From Polyangiaceae bacterium (GTDB lineage: Bacteria; Myxococcota_A; Polyangia; Polyangiales; Polyangiaceae): DNA of 24,512 nucleotides. This document shows positions 8,566 to 17,568 of this stretch, piece by piece. The notes under the pieces are model-generated. The model saw only the letters and a program-made list of their open reading frames with translations, did not search any database and had not been told where the DNA came from. The position numbers and the translations under genes are program-made. The DNA is taken from positions 1-24,512 of the forward strand of contig JANRKO010000042.1 in the NCBI GenBank assembly GCA_033763455.1. Direction: 5' to 3'. The stretch's first letter is position 1. Every line of letters starts with the position of its first letter.

Positions 8566-10239
8566 TTACGAGCTGCACGAAAGCATGGAGCAACCCGGCT
8601 GGTGCCGTGCCCATTCGGGCCGCTTGGCGGCGAGCCGAGTGCCTTCGTGTTCCGCGGCATAGGGTGTAGTGAGCGCGGAAGCGAGTGCATGAAGCTCGGT
8701 GAAATCACCCGTCTCCGCAGCTCGGATGGCCTCCTGTGCGAGGTAGTTGCGGGGGATAATGCTCGGGTTCACCGCGTTCATCGTGGCAATTTGTTCGGCA
8801 CGTGAGCTAGGTGCGTTTCGGCAGAGGTTTTCATAGCGTAGGAGCCAGTGGCTCAGCTTGCGGACGTACTCTGGCGGGAGAGCGTCTGGGGCGTAAAATG
8901 CCTTGAGGATGGGCCGCAATAGGCCTTCCGGCGATGCCGAATCGGAAGGGGAAGTGAGGGAGATTGTTCGGCCCGAAGCGGGAAGAACCGCTGCCAGTGA
9001 GCGGAAGAACAGCGTGTGGTCGGTTTCGACCTCCAGAAGTAGCTCTTGCAGCTCTACGAGGAGCTGCTCAAGCTCGGTGTCGTCGGCGTCCGAGTTGGCG
9101 AAAGCAAGCCCCAATTTCTTTGCCTGCATACTTGGATATTCGCGGTTGAACGTGTCAGCGTATGCAGAGACCGCGTGGTTTAGGTCTTCGCTGGGCAAGC
9201 CAAGCTTTTCGAGTGCATTGGCGAGCCGCACGAGGTTCCAAAGGGCCACGCGCGGCTGGTTCTCAAAGCGATATCTACGACCTTGAGAGTCGGTGGTGTT
9301 GGGCGTAAAAGCAGGATTGTACTCATCGAGCCAACCGTACGGCCCATAATCAATCGTGAGCCCGAGGATGGACATGTTGTCCGTATTCATCACGCCATGC
9401 ACGAAGCCCACGCGCATCCAATGTACGACAAGCCGAGCGGTGCGTTCTGCGATAGCCGTAAGCCAAGCGATGCAGGCTTCGGGCGTTGGCGGGCCGAGCT
9501 CGGGAAAATCACGCTGTATCGCGAAATCTACCCATTGCTTGAGGAGGGCCACATCGTTGCGGTGTGCGGGGAGCTCGAAATTTCCAAAACGCAGGAACGA
9601 AGGCGAAGTGCGGCAAACAATGGCGCCCGGCTCCACGCGCGGGTGGCCGTCGTAGAACATATCACGCTCAACACCTTCTCCGGTTAACACTAGAGAGAGG
9701 GCTCGCGTGGTCGGAATGCCGAGGTGGTGCATGGCCTCGCTGCACAAGAACTCGCGCAAGCTTGAACGTAACACAGCTCGGCCATCGCCCTTTCGAGAGT
9801 AAGGGGTTGGGCCCGCACCTTTTAATTGAAGCTCCCAGCGTTCACCGTCAGCGTTCACCACCTCCCCTAGGCTTATGGCTCGGCCATCTCCCAGTTGCCC
9901 TGCCCAACTGCCAAATTGGTGCCCGCCGTAGCAAGCTGCGTGCGGGGCCATCGGGGGCAAGGTTTCGTTTCCGGAGAAGACCTTTAGAAACTGCTCTGAG
10001 GCACACTCGGCAGGGCTCAAGCCGAGGCGCCGAGCCATGTCTTTGGAATAAGCTACGAGGCTTGGAGCGCGAACAGACGTGGGCTCCACGCGCGAATAAC
10101 ACGCCCCGTAAACGGCGCGGCGTGTGTTTTGGGGATTGGGATCAGCCGGAAGGCGATTTACAAGACAATTGTCAAAACGGAGCGCAAGAAGACTGCCGGG
10201 TGCAGCATCAGGGGCGGGGCCCGTAGATCTTGAGAGCAT
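8566..10239 (-). CDS. selO: Protein adenylyltransferase SelO (YdiU family)
   Basis: YGGHQFG..AGQLGDGRA, LQLKGAG.TPYSR..DGRAVLRSS.RE, HGVMNTDN, IDYGP, VNP..IPRNY, C-terminal LSCSS. Confidence 0.95.
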   Translation of the reverse strand: MLSRSTGPAPDAAPGSLLALRFDNCLVNRLPADPNPQNTRRAVYGACYSRVEPTSVRAPSLVAYSKDMARRLGLSPAECASEQFLKVFSGNETLPPMAPHAACYGGHQFGSWAGQLGDGRAISLGEVVNADGERWELQLKGAGPTPYSRKGDGRAVLRSSLREFLCSEAMHHLGIPTTRALSLVLTGEGVERDMFYDGHPRVEPGAIVCRTSPSFLRFGNFELPAHRNDVALLKQWVDFAIQRDFPELGPPTPEACIAWLTAIAERTARLVVHWMRVGFVHGVMNTDNMSILGLTIDYGPYGWLDEYNPAFTPNTTDSQGRRYRFENQPRVALWNLVRLANALEKLGLPSEDLNHAVSAYADTFNREYPSMQAKKLGLAFANSDADDTELEQLLVELQELLLEVETDHTLFFRSLAAVLPASGRTISLTSPSDSASPEGLLRPILKAFYAPDALPPEYVRKLSHWLLRYENLCRNAPSSRAEQIATMNAVNPSIIPRNYLAQEAIRAAETGDFTELHALASALTTPYAAEHEGTRLAAKRPEWARHQPGCSMLSCSS

Positions 10240-11284
10240 TGTCGTTCATTACCTTGTTCCGCGCCTCCTCGCCCTTGTCTTTGAGAAAGGCTTCCAAGAC
10301 CAAGATCTGCGTTTGGAAATCCCCGGCCACCTTGCTTACCGGCCAATTCGAGCCGAACATCAGGCGATCTTCCCCAAAAGCGCTCCATGCTGCTTCAAAT
10401 ACGGGTGCATAGTCCGCCGGATCTGCGGAGCTCGGGTACGGTGTACTCCAACCGTCCTTGCGGTTGCCCTGATTCAAGCGGCCTGTGTCAGAGAGCTTCA
10501 GGTAAACGTTGGGCTGCGCTGCCGCAGCGGCGAGGTTCGCCTTCCAATCATTGGGGACGTCAAAGTCGTAAGATTTTTGAGCCAAATGGTCGATCACGAA
10601 GCGTAGCGTGGGCACAGCCTTGGCGAGCTGCGCCACCTGGGTGCCGCTGGTGTCGAGCGTGTCCACCATCATGCCGCGTGCTCCGAGCTCGGTGAGGTTG
10701 GCCAGGGCATTGGCCTTTATTTGTCCGCGTGTGATCAGATCCCCTCCGCCGATGCGCAGGCCAACGAAATGCTTGTCCACAGCCAACGCGTCCAGCTGCG
10801 TCTTGAATGCAGCGGGTGCCTGCAAAACATCCAGACCACCAACTACCGAAAGTAGCTTGGGCTCAGCTTGTACTTGGTCCAGCATCCATTGATTGGCAGA
10901 AATCATTTTTGATGGTGGCACGCCCACCACCGCTTCAATCACAACCATGCTATCGACCCATGCTCCCCCGGCGCTACTCTCGTAATCGGGGACCATTGAG
11001 GTCATGGACAACCACGACGGAGAACTTCCCGGAAAGGTTCCGTTATCACTCATTGGAGGCTGGCTACGCGGCAGCGTGAACAGGTGAATGTGAGTATCGG
11101 TGATGGGGCCAACTTTGGTTGGCGGCGGAGGCCCCTCGGGAGTTGTCGGCGCTGCGCTGGCAACGGCTGCGTTATCGTCCGGAGTTGCGGTGGAAGGGAC
11201 TTTGCTTTGCATCTTGAGTTCTTCGCGTCCGCAACCAAAACTCAAACAACCGAGCAATGCGGCACCAAGCCAGGCCTTTTTCAT
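10208..11284 (-). CDS. Amidohydrolase_2-family protein (sugar lactonase-like) with lipoprotein signal peptide
   Basis: MKK, hydrophobic segment and LSFGC lipobox; DTHIH; FVGLR; VIDHL; PNVYLKLS; AFGEDRLMFGSNWPV; NALKIY. Confidence 0.85.
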   Translation of the reverse strand: MKKAWLGAALLGCLSFGCGREELKMQSKVPSTATPDDNAAVASAAPTTPEGPPPPTKVGPITDTHIHLFTLPRSQPPMSDNGTFPGSSPSWLSMTSMVPDYESSAGGAWVDSMVVIEAVVGVPPSKMISANQWMLDQVQAEPKLLSVVGGLDVLQAPAAFKTQLDALAVDKHFVGLRIGGGDLITRGQIKANALANLTELGARGMMVDTLDTSGTQVAQLAKAVPTLRFVIDHLAQKSYDFDVPNDWKANLAAAAAQPNVYLKLSDTGRLNQGNRKDGWSTPYPSSADPADYAPVFEAAWSAFGEDRLMFGSNWPVSKVAGDFQTQILVLEAFLKDKGEEARNKVMNDNALKIYGPRP

Positions 11285-11358
11285 GGCCTGGAGTATGCTC
11301 TGCTACTGGGCTTTCGGCTAGCGAAGGTGCGCCATGCAAGTGACCGTGGGGAGTTGCC

Positions 11359-11907
11359 TCAGAGTGTGGTTTTCCTGGGTGGTAGTGTCCCAGCTCCGGC
11401 ACTGCCCGGGTCCAAGTCGGGTCCAAAGGTCGCCCTGGGCGCACCCATTTGCACCCAATCAAGCAAGATCTTCTTCTCATTTTCCGTCAAGCGTTCCACA
11501 GGCGGATCGAGTGGGATTCGGTACGGCATGAAGCCGGATTTTACAGTGGACCCTATGAACTTCCAGATAGGACTCTGGTAGCGGAGCTTCTGAGTATCTT
11601 CCCACGTGAGGAGGGGGAAAGGAGCGCCGTTAGCCGGTGGGGTTGTGTGGCAACGCCGGCACTTGTGTTTGAGCACTACGTCCACGTCGGGGGGCAACTG
11701 GGAGTTGGGCACCTCTAGCGGCCCAGGGGGCGCCTTGGGGCGAGGTCTCGGCAAGGGCGCCGTTGGCATAGCGCCGCTGACTACTTTGGCTTCCGAAGGT
11801 GGCCGCTGTTGTTCGCAACCGGAAGCTGGCAGTAGCAGCCAAAACGTTAATATGAATGGAGCATCAACGAGTCTGGGCGTGGGTCGGCTGAACGTGGGAG
11901 TCAACAT
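11359..11907 (-). CDS. Small exported (probable lipo)protein with one CxxCH motif, cytochrome c-like
   Basis: Hydrophobic segment ending ASGC; Pro-rich linker; KCRRCH..PP..GAPFPL, G.MP and LT..EK..LLDW...GAP. Start ATG 11907 preferred over TTG 11943. Confidence 0.7.
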   Translation of the reverse strand: MLTPTFSRPTPRLVDAPFILTFWLLLPASGCEQQRPPSEAKVVSGAMPTAPLPRPRPKAPPGPLEVPNSQLPPDVDVVLKHKCRRCHTTPPANGAPFPLLTWEDTQKLRYQSPIWKFIGSTVKSGFMPYRIPLDPPVERLTENEKKILLDWVQMGAPRATFGPDLDPGSAGAGTLPPRKTTL

Positions 11908-12139
11908 GGGCGGGGCGGTGGCAAAGGTGTGGCAACTTAGCAAAGGCAGGGCGCGATGCCCGAAGAGTGCAGGTTCCGCGGCGAAACAGGCGTTCAGCCC
12001 AGGTGAGTTGCGAGGTATGGCCGGGGCGGCCTCCCGAGGTCCGCTTTGTTTCGGCTACATTGCGGAATGGATTCGCATGAAGAAACAAGCACTATCTGCT
12101 TGCTTGTGCCAAGCGATAGGCGGAGATTAGCTTCTGGCT

Positions 12140-12889
12140 ATGACCACGAAAACGTTAGCTTCTCTCAATGCCGAGTCCGGCACTCGTGGGCAAGATTCAG
12201 GCGTACGCCAGGTTGGCTTTGATGCGAAGCTCAAGCACGTTACGCTCCCTGATCTGATCCAGATGGAGTGTTTGGCAGGATCAGCACGCTCGCTAAGGAT
12301 TGTTTCCGGTAAGAATTCTGGATACCTAATGTTTTCCGGCGGGCAGGTGGTGCACGCTATGACGCGCGCGCTTCGCGGAGAAGCAGCAGCGCTCGAGATT
12401 TTGAGTTGGCAGTACGGCTCGGTGGAGCCTTGCAGCTTGCGCCTTTCCGACCAACGCACCATTGCGAAGAAGTGGCAGGAATTGTTGATGCTTGCGGCTC
12501 AGAGGTCTGACGAAGGTGCAAGCGAGGGATCAAACGTGACAGAGCTCGACGATGCTGAGTTTCTAAGCGCCGATGAACCGGAAATGCTCGCCGTGGCCGA
12601 GCGCAAACGCCAAAAGGTCATTCGTGCCACGCGTCTGAACGCTCGGGGCGAAGTTGTGGTGGCGCGTGGTGAAGAAGATCCAGAAGGGTTTGCAGAGGCT
12701 TCCGCGTATGCGGCGCGCATGGCGCATGTCATCGGAGATCTTTTGGGGATGGATGGGTTCCGTGGGCTCGAGTGGACGCTCCCTGATCGAGCGGGGATCC
12801 TCTACTTAGAGGAGAATGGCGGTATGGCCGCACTTGAGGCGCTTCCGCAGGCAGATCTTACTGGCTTGCGCCGGCGGGTGGGGCTCTAG
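12140..12889 (+). CDS. DUF4388 (PatA N-terminal-like) domain protein
   Basis: L..VTLPDLIQM, G.L.F.GGQVVHA, GE.AALEILSW..G, I...WQELLM.AA...DE; GGAG RBS. Confidence 0.82.
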   Translation: MTTKTLASLNAESGTRGQDSGVRQVGFDAKLKHVTLPDLIQMECLAGSARSLRIVSGKNSGYLMFSGGQVVHAMTRALRGEAAALEILSWQYGSVEPCSLRLSDQRTIAKKWQELLMLAAQRSDEGASEGSNVTELDDAEFLSADEPEMLAVAERKRQKVIRATRLNARGEVVVARGEEDPEGFAEASAYAARMAHVIGDLLGMDGFRGLEWTLPDRAGILYLEENGGMAALEALPQADLTGLRRRVGL

Positions 12890-13390
12890 ATGTCGAACTT
12901 CAGCGAAAGTTTGCACGGCTTGCGTGACGTGGAGGGGCTTGTTGGCAGCTTTGTACTTTCGGAAGATGGTGCTGTGCTGCTTCGGGACCTCCCCGCGATG
13001 TTCACCTCTGAAGGGCTAGCCGAGGTGGGTCCGCGGATTACGCGTCTGCGAGAGACGTTAAGCAGTGACGGTGCGTCCGCGAATGTAGTGATTCGCTACG
13101 CTGACCACAAACTCATTTTGAGGCCTTTGCCCGAGATATCCATCGTGGCCGTGGCCGAACACGCGATCAATATGGCGCAGCTGAAAATGGCTCTGAATCT
13201 TGCAGCCAAGGCGCTCGCGCGGGCCGACCTCTCCGGAGTTTTGGCGTCGGCTCCTGCCGTAGGAACCTCCGCGGGCCCTGCCACAGCGCGCAGCCTCACC
13301 GGGGAGGCTACACCGTCGGCCCAGAGCACTCTGGGGTCGAGTGTGCCTGTGCAAAGGTACTATCGCGGTAGGCCCGTTTCATCGGCGTAA
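12890..13390 (+). CDS. Roadblock/LC7 (MglB-like) domain protein with low-complexity tail
   Basis: L..LRDVEGL.GSFVL..DG.VL and N...L.MA.NL pattern; ATG directly follows the upstream TAG. Confidence 0.7.
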   Translation: MSNFSESLHGLRDVEGLVGSFVLSEDGAVLLRDLPAMFTSEGLAEVGPRITRLRETLSSDGASANVVIRYADHKLILRPLPEISIVAVAEHAINMAQLKMALNLAAKALARADLSGVLASAPAVGTSAGPATARSLTGEATPSAQSTLGSSVPVQRYYRGRPVSSA

Positions 13391-13491
13391 GCCCGCGCTC
13401 GCGTTCCTGCTTTCACCGTTAGATTGTGGAGGGCGCGTTTGGGATCTTGCAAACGTCCTATTCGGGAATGTGTGATCCGTTCCCAGATGAA

Positions 13492-13509
13492 AGCCTATTG
13501 AAATAGGCT
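13492..13509. promoter_or_regulatory. 8-2-8 palindrome upstream of amtB, candidate operator
   Basis: AGCCTATT-GA-AATAGGCT, 44 bp before the ATG; RBS GGAGGT at 13543-13548. Confidence 0.4.
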
Positions 13510-13553
13510 GGACACGCGCCGCCGAGTACACGAGCGTCTGCCGGAGGTAACTT

Positions 13554-14993
13554 ATGACAGATCCGCAGTTAACTGATATCGCTAAGCAATTAGCTGAACT
13601 TAAGACTAGTGTCGGAGACTTGGCGACGGCATCAAACATTGTTTGGACGCTCGTATGCGGATTTCTGGTGATGTTCATGCAGGCAGGGTTCGCGCTCGTT
13701 GAAACAGGCTTGTGCCGCAAAAAAAACGCAGCTCACGTGATGGCCATGAATTTCTTGGTCTACGCGATCGGCATTATTGGCTTTTGGGCCATTGGCGTTG
13801 GCTTGCAGATGGGCGGCGTGGGCGCTATGGCCACTTTCGGTGGCGACGCCACCTTGAACAATGAACTTACGATAGAGGTTGCCGGCAAAACGCTGGGTAT
13901 TCTTGGCTGGTCCGGGTTTTTCCTTCCGGTTGAAAGCTTCACGCCCGCGGTGGCCACCATGTTCCTGTTCCAGATGGTGTTCATGGATACCACCTGCACC
14001 ATCCCCACCGGTTCTATGGCTGAACGCTGGAAGTTCTCGTCCTTCGTATTATTCACACTCGTGATATCGACCATTATTTACCCTGTCTACGCCAACTGGG
14101 TTTGGGGCGGGGGGTGGTTGGCCACGTTGGGCAGCAACTTTGGCCTTGGACACGGGCACGTGGATTTCGCGGGCTCCTCAGTGGTGCACCTAACAGGCGG
14201 CGTTGCCGCTCTCGTGGGCGCAAAGATGCTTGGCCCGCGCATTGGGAAATTCAACAAAGATGGGTCGCCGAACGCCATTCCTGGCCACAACATCCCCATG
14301 GCCCTGCTTGGAACCTTCGTGCTCGCTTTTGGTTGGTTCGGGTTCAACTCTGGCTCAACCTTGGCGGGGACGGATACCCGCATCGCAGTGGTGGCAGTGA
14401 ACACGATGCTTGCGTCGGCCTCAGGCGCTGCAGCAGCTGGAGCGTACGTGTGGTTTCGCTATGGCCGCCCCGACCCCACTTGGCTTGCCAATGGGATGTT
14501 AGCCGGGCTCGTGGCGATTACGGCGCCTTGTGCCTTCGTGAGTGCTAGTTCGGCGTTGATTATCGGCGCTATTGCGGGCGTCCTGGTGGTGGTGGCGGCG
14601 TTGTTTATCGAACAAACGCTCAAGATTGACGATCCGGTAGGCGCCGGAGCGGTCCACGGCGTAAACGGCGCCTGGGGCATCATCGCACTCGGTCTTTTCT
14701 CGAATGGAACCTACGGCGATGGCCTCAATGGCGTGCCAGGGAAAGTAACCGGGCTCTTCTATGGTGATTCAGGTCAGCTGGTGGCCGAGCTCATCGGTAT
14801 TTTTGTGAACGTTCTCTACGTGGGTGCTTTAACGGCCGGAGCGTTCTTCGTCATTGGCAAGATTATAGGAAACCGCGTTTCCGCTGAAGATGAGATTGGC
14901 GGCTTGGATATTCCTGAGATGGGCGTGCTGGCGTACCCGGAAGACGCGGTGGCACACCTACCCAAGAACATGGAGGCCGCGGCCGCCGAGTAG
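13554..14993 (+). CDS. amtB: Ammonium transporter (Amt family)
   Basis: FMQAGFAL.E.G, LFQ..F, G..AER, DFAG..VVH, GWFGFN.GS, NG.LAGLVAIT, DDP.GA..VHG (both pore His), E..GLD. Confidence 0.96.
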   Translation: MTDPQLTDIAKQLAELKTSVGDLATASNIVWTLVCGFLVMFMQAGFALVETGLCRKKNAAHVMAMNFLVYAIGIIGFWAIGVGLQMGGVGAMATFGGDATLNNELTIEVAGKTLGILGWSGFFLPVESFTPAVATMFLFQMVFMDTTCTIPTGSMAERWKFSSFVLFTLVISTIIYPVYANWVWGGGWLATLGSNFGLGHGHVDFAGSSVVHLTGGVAALVGAKMLGPRIGKFNKDGSPNAIPGHNIPMALLGTFVLAFGWFGFNSGSTLAGTDTRIAVVAVNTMLASASGAAAAGAYVWFRYGRPDPTWLANGMLAGLVAITAPCAFVSASSALIIGAIAGVLVVVAALFIEQTLKIDDPVGAGAVHGVNGAWGIIALGLFSNGTYGDGLNGVPGKVTGLFYGDSGQLVAELIGIFVNVLYVGALTAGAFFVIGKIIGNRVSAEDEIGGLDIPEMGVLAYPEDAVAHLPKNMEAAAAE

Positions 14994-15007
14994 TTAGGCG
15001 GGTGGAA

Positions 15008-15077
15008 GATGGCGCGCTCTTTTTGGAGTGCGCCATCGAACCAAGGTAACGAAAGGCACCCACTTCGAGTGCCTTTT
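15008..15077. terminator. Two hairpins between convergent amtB and CBS genes
   Basis: GATGGCGCGCTCT-TTTT-GGAGTGCGCCATC (15008-15037) and AAAGGCAC...GTGCCTTT(T) (15052-15077). Confidence 0.7.
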
Positions 15078-15086
15078 GGCTATTTG

Positions 15087-15497
15087 CTATTTAGAGAGGC
15101 GAGTGTGAAGGAGTTCCGCAAAGGCCGTACACACGTCCACGGTGGTGAAGATGCCCACCACTTTGTGATTCTGGGCCACGATGGCGCAGCCATACTTCTG
15201 AGCCGCCATTGTCGTCACCACCTCATCGAGCGGTGTTTCGGGAGAAACACAATAAGGCTCTTGAGTCATCGCGTCCTCCACCAGCACCGTATTCGGGTCA
15301 ACGTCGGCAAGCGTCTCCACTAAATGAAGGTCCCCCGCTGACACAATTCCCACGATGCGCCCGCCCGAGAGCACAGGGAGGTGTCGAATGTGGTGACGGC
15401 GCATCATGTTGTGCGCTTCGCTCATCGGTTGATCCACCCCGATCGTGTGGGGGCTCGTGGTCATATATTTCTGAATCGTCGGGATGGGTTTGGTCAT
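15087..15497 (-). CDS. CBS-domain pair protein
   Basis: YMTTSPHTI, M...HIRHLPVL..GR.VGIVS..D, V..AMT..P, KVVGIFT..D. Start at ATG 15497 (MTKPIP); the extension to 15779 looks spurious. Confidence 0.9.
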   Translation of the reverse strand: MTKPIPTIQKYMTTSPHTIGVDQPMSEAHNMMRRHHIRHLPVLSGGRIVGIVSAGDLHLVETLADVDPNTVLVEDAMTQEPYCVSPETPLDEVVTTMAAQKYGCAIVAQNHKVVGIFTTVDVCTAFAELLHTRLSK

Positions 15498-15768
15498 GGC
15501 GCACGGTGGTGCAGGGTGTGTGCCAGGTGAGTTTTTTGCGTTCACGGGCAATTGGTTGCGCAATACTTGCGGCGGGAAGCGAAGCGGCGCAAAGTTTGCG
15601 TGCCTGTGGGGTGGATCACGAACACCGGGCTGGCGCGGGTGCGAGGCGGTGGTGCTTACCGCCGGGCCGAACGTGCTGTGCGTTACGGCCCGTGGACATC
15701 CTGGCTGCCCATAAAGTCGTAGCAAACCAAGGGTTCTCAACCGAAAGCCAACGCTGTAAGTCAACTGC

Positions 15769-16179
15769 ATGAAGGGCAAATGGTGGATTGGGTTGGGCGG
15801 GTTGCTGCTGCTTGGGTGTGCACGGCAGGGCCTCGTGAAGTTGGGTGAGGGGCACTACCAGACGACGTGCACGAGCAGCCAGAGTCGCCGGGATGCAGAG
15901 CAAACGGTCGCAGTAACGGCGTATACCCAGTGCCAGAAGAAGGCTGAGGAGCTGTGCGGGGGCCCGTACGACCTAAAGCAGCTTCGCCGCGAATGGATCA
16001 CAGGAAGCACGGGCTGGATAAGTCGCGAGCGCTACGACATCGTGTGTCGCCCTGAAGCGCCGATGGCTCCTCCTGCCAAGCCGGCTGCACTCAGTGAGCC
16101 CGCTCCGCAGGCGGATCCTAGTCAGCCCAATTGGGATGAAGAATCCACCGTCGCGGCTGCGGGTGCTCCCTCGGAATAG
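15769..16179 (+). CDS. Hypothetical lipoprotein
   Basis: MKGK, hydrophobic segment and LLGC lipobox; C.KKA.ELC motif; four further Cys; Pro/Ala tail. Confidence 0.7.
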   Translation: MKGKWWIGLGGLLLLGCARQGLVKLGEGHYQTTCTSSQSRRDAEQTVAVTAYTQCQKKAEELCGGPYDLKQLRREWITGSTGWISRERYDIVCRPEAPMAPPAKPAALSEPAPQADPSQPNWDEESTVAAAGAPSE

Positions 16180-16245
16180 AGTCTGAGTTCTCCAGCCTGC
16201 GAGCGGGGCGGTGGACTTCGGCGGCGTCCGTTGTATCAACCTTAG

Positions 16246-16590
16246 ATGACTGATCTCACCGCTCGCCGCTGCGTTCCTTGTGAGGGTGGAGTGCCCGCGC
16301 TATCTCCCGAGAAAGCACAAGAATTTTTGGCCCGCATACCCGGCTGGGAGCTCTCAGCGGACGGACACTGGATCTCCCGCCGCTTCGAATTCAACAACTA
16401 CTACGAAACGATGGCATTCGTGAACGCGATCGCGTGGGTAGCCCATCGAGAAGATCACCACCCCGATCTAGAGGTGGGGTTCAGCGCCTGCACTGTGCGC
16501 TACACCACGCACGCGGCCCGTGGCCTCACGGAGAATGATTTCATCTGCGCGGCCAAGGTCAATCAGCTATTGATTTACGGTCTGCGCTGA
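16246..16590 (+). CDS. phhB: Pterin-4-alpha-carbinolamine dehydratase
   Basis: CVPCEGG, F.F.NY....AFVN.IA..A..EDHHPDL, TH...GLTENDFICAAK. Confidence 0.93.
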   Translation: MTDLTARRCVPCEGGVPALSPEKAQEFLARIPGWELSADGHWISRRFEFNNYYETMAFVNAIAWVAHREDHHPDLEVGFSACTVRYTTHAARGLTENDFICAAKVNQLLIYGLR

Positions 16591-16630
16591 GGGGGTCCGG
16601 GGGGACCGCTCAATAGAGTGCACGAAAGAG

Positions 16631-17303
16631 TTATTCGCCAAGCCAGCGGGCGGATGCCGCGGTTAGCCAGCGCCCAGGCAAGCATCCCCCTGCACAGACC
16701 CACTCGGATGAGAGGGTGCCAACGCTCGCATCAAAAGCCCGGCGGCAAGCGAAGACCCAGTGTGACGATGTCGGGTGAACGGTAGCCAGGGGGTCGGCCT
16801 TAACTTCACCGCGGATGCGGATGAAGGTTGGGGTCTTCGGATCGATTCCCTTCAGGTAATCGCGCAGGTTGGGCGGCTGGAACGGCCGTACTCCAGTGGG
16901 GCGTGGGAAAGAACTCGTCCATCTGGAACGCGCCGCCCCAGAGATGAGCTCTAACATGGAGAGCCTTACGTGGCAAAGCCAGCAGGCTCTCCATCTGCGC
17001 ATCGGCCAATGTTTGACCCGCTAGCAAATTAGCCAATTTGCTAGCCGTCCTCTGAGCGCCCCTAACATCTGAGATCGCCAACTCATACTGAAGACGCTGA
17101 ATGGCCCAAGCTGGTATTGTTGCGCACTTCTCGGGCTGCCCTGAGTAAATCTGAAACAGCGAAGCAATGTCGCCGGTGGACTCGAGCCGACCGACTATTT
17201 CGCGAGGAACGGCGCATTGGTCCAATTGCTGCGCCTTCAACAAAGGAGCGAGTAACAAGAGAAGCCCAAGCAAGGCGCTAAGGCAGAACGCGGCGCGGCA
17301 CAT
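16631..17303 (-). pseudogene. Probable frameshifted gene for a secreted hypothetical protein
   Basis: ORF 16806..17321 has a signal peptide (from MCRAAF at 17303). After the G4 run at 16898-16901, GC-rich third codon positions move to the frame of ORF 16631..17002 (TGVRPFQPPNLRDYLKGIDPK). Confidence 0.45.
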
Positions 17304-17318
17304 GGCGGAAGGATACAA

Positions 17319-17411
17319 CATCCGACTGTGTCAGCAGTGAACTACGATGTGCTGCTGGCAGGAACGGTAGCGCCGCAAGCTCAAACTTACTCCTCGAACT
17401 CTCCGGCCCTG
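17319..17411 (+). pseudogene. 93-bp remnant of the S8 protease gene (prodomain/mature junction)
   Basis: Translates HPTVSAVNYDVLLAGTVAPQAQTYSSNSPAL, versus HPAVSAVSYDMLLAETVAPPARTYPSNSPGL at 19125-19217. Confidence 0.85.
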
Positions 17412-17568
17412 CGCACCTACCTCACCGCGCACATTGGTACCGAGGGTCTGGGGAAAACCGGGAAAACCCTCGGGTTCGAAAGGCACGCTAAGGACGGGCG
17501 TGAAACGTTCGAGCGAAGTTGCGAAATGCGCGTTGCGCGAGGGCAAACAGTGATGCTAGGAAACGAGC
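17412..17568 (+). repeat. Conserved upstream segment of the lipoprotein cassette (also at 19470-19626 and, diverged, ~20862-20973)
   Basis: 17412-17528 is nearly identical to 19470-19587. GGGGAAAACC, GTTGCGAAATGC and GATGYTAGGAA (RBS) precede a GTG in all three copies. Confidence 0.9.

Noticed and set aside
8566..8580. Selenocysteine in SelO
   Set aside because: The gene ends Cys-Ser-Ser-TAA with no in-frame TGA.
11319..12115. Sigma-54 promoters (minus-strand TGGCGC near 11335 and TGGCAC near 12111)
   Set aside because: GG-to-GC spacing is 9 nt rather than the required 10.
15498..15779. N-terminal extension of the CBS protein
   Set aside because: No domain-like features, and it spans the divergent promoter region; MTKPIP at 15497 gives a normal CBS pair.
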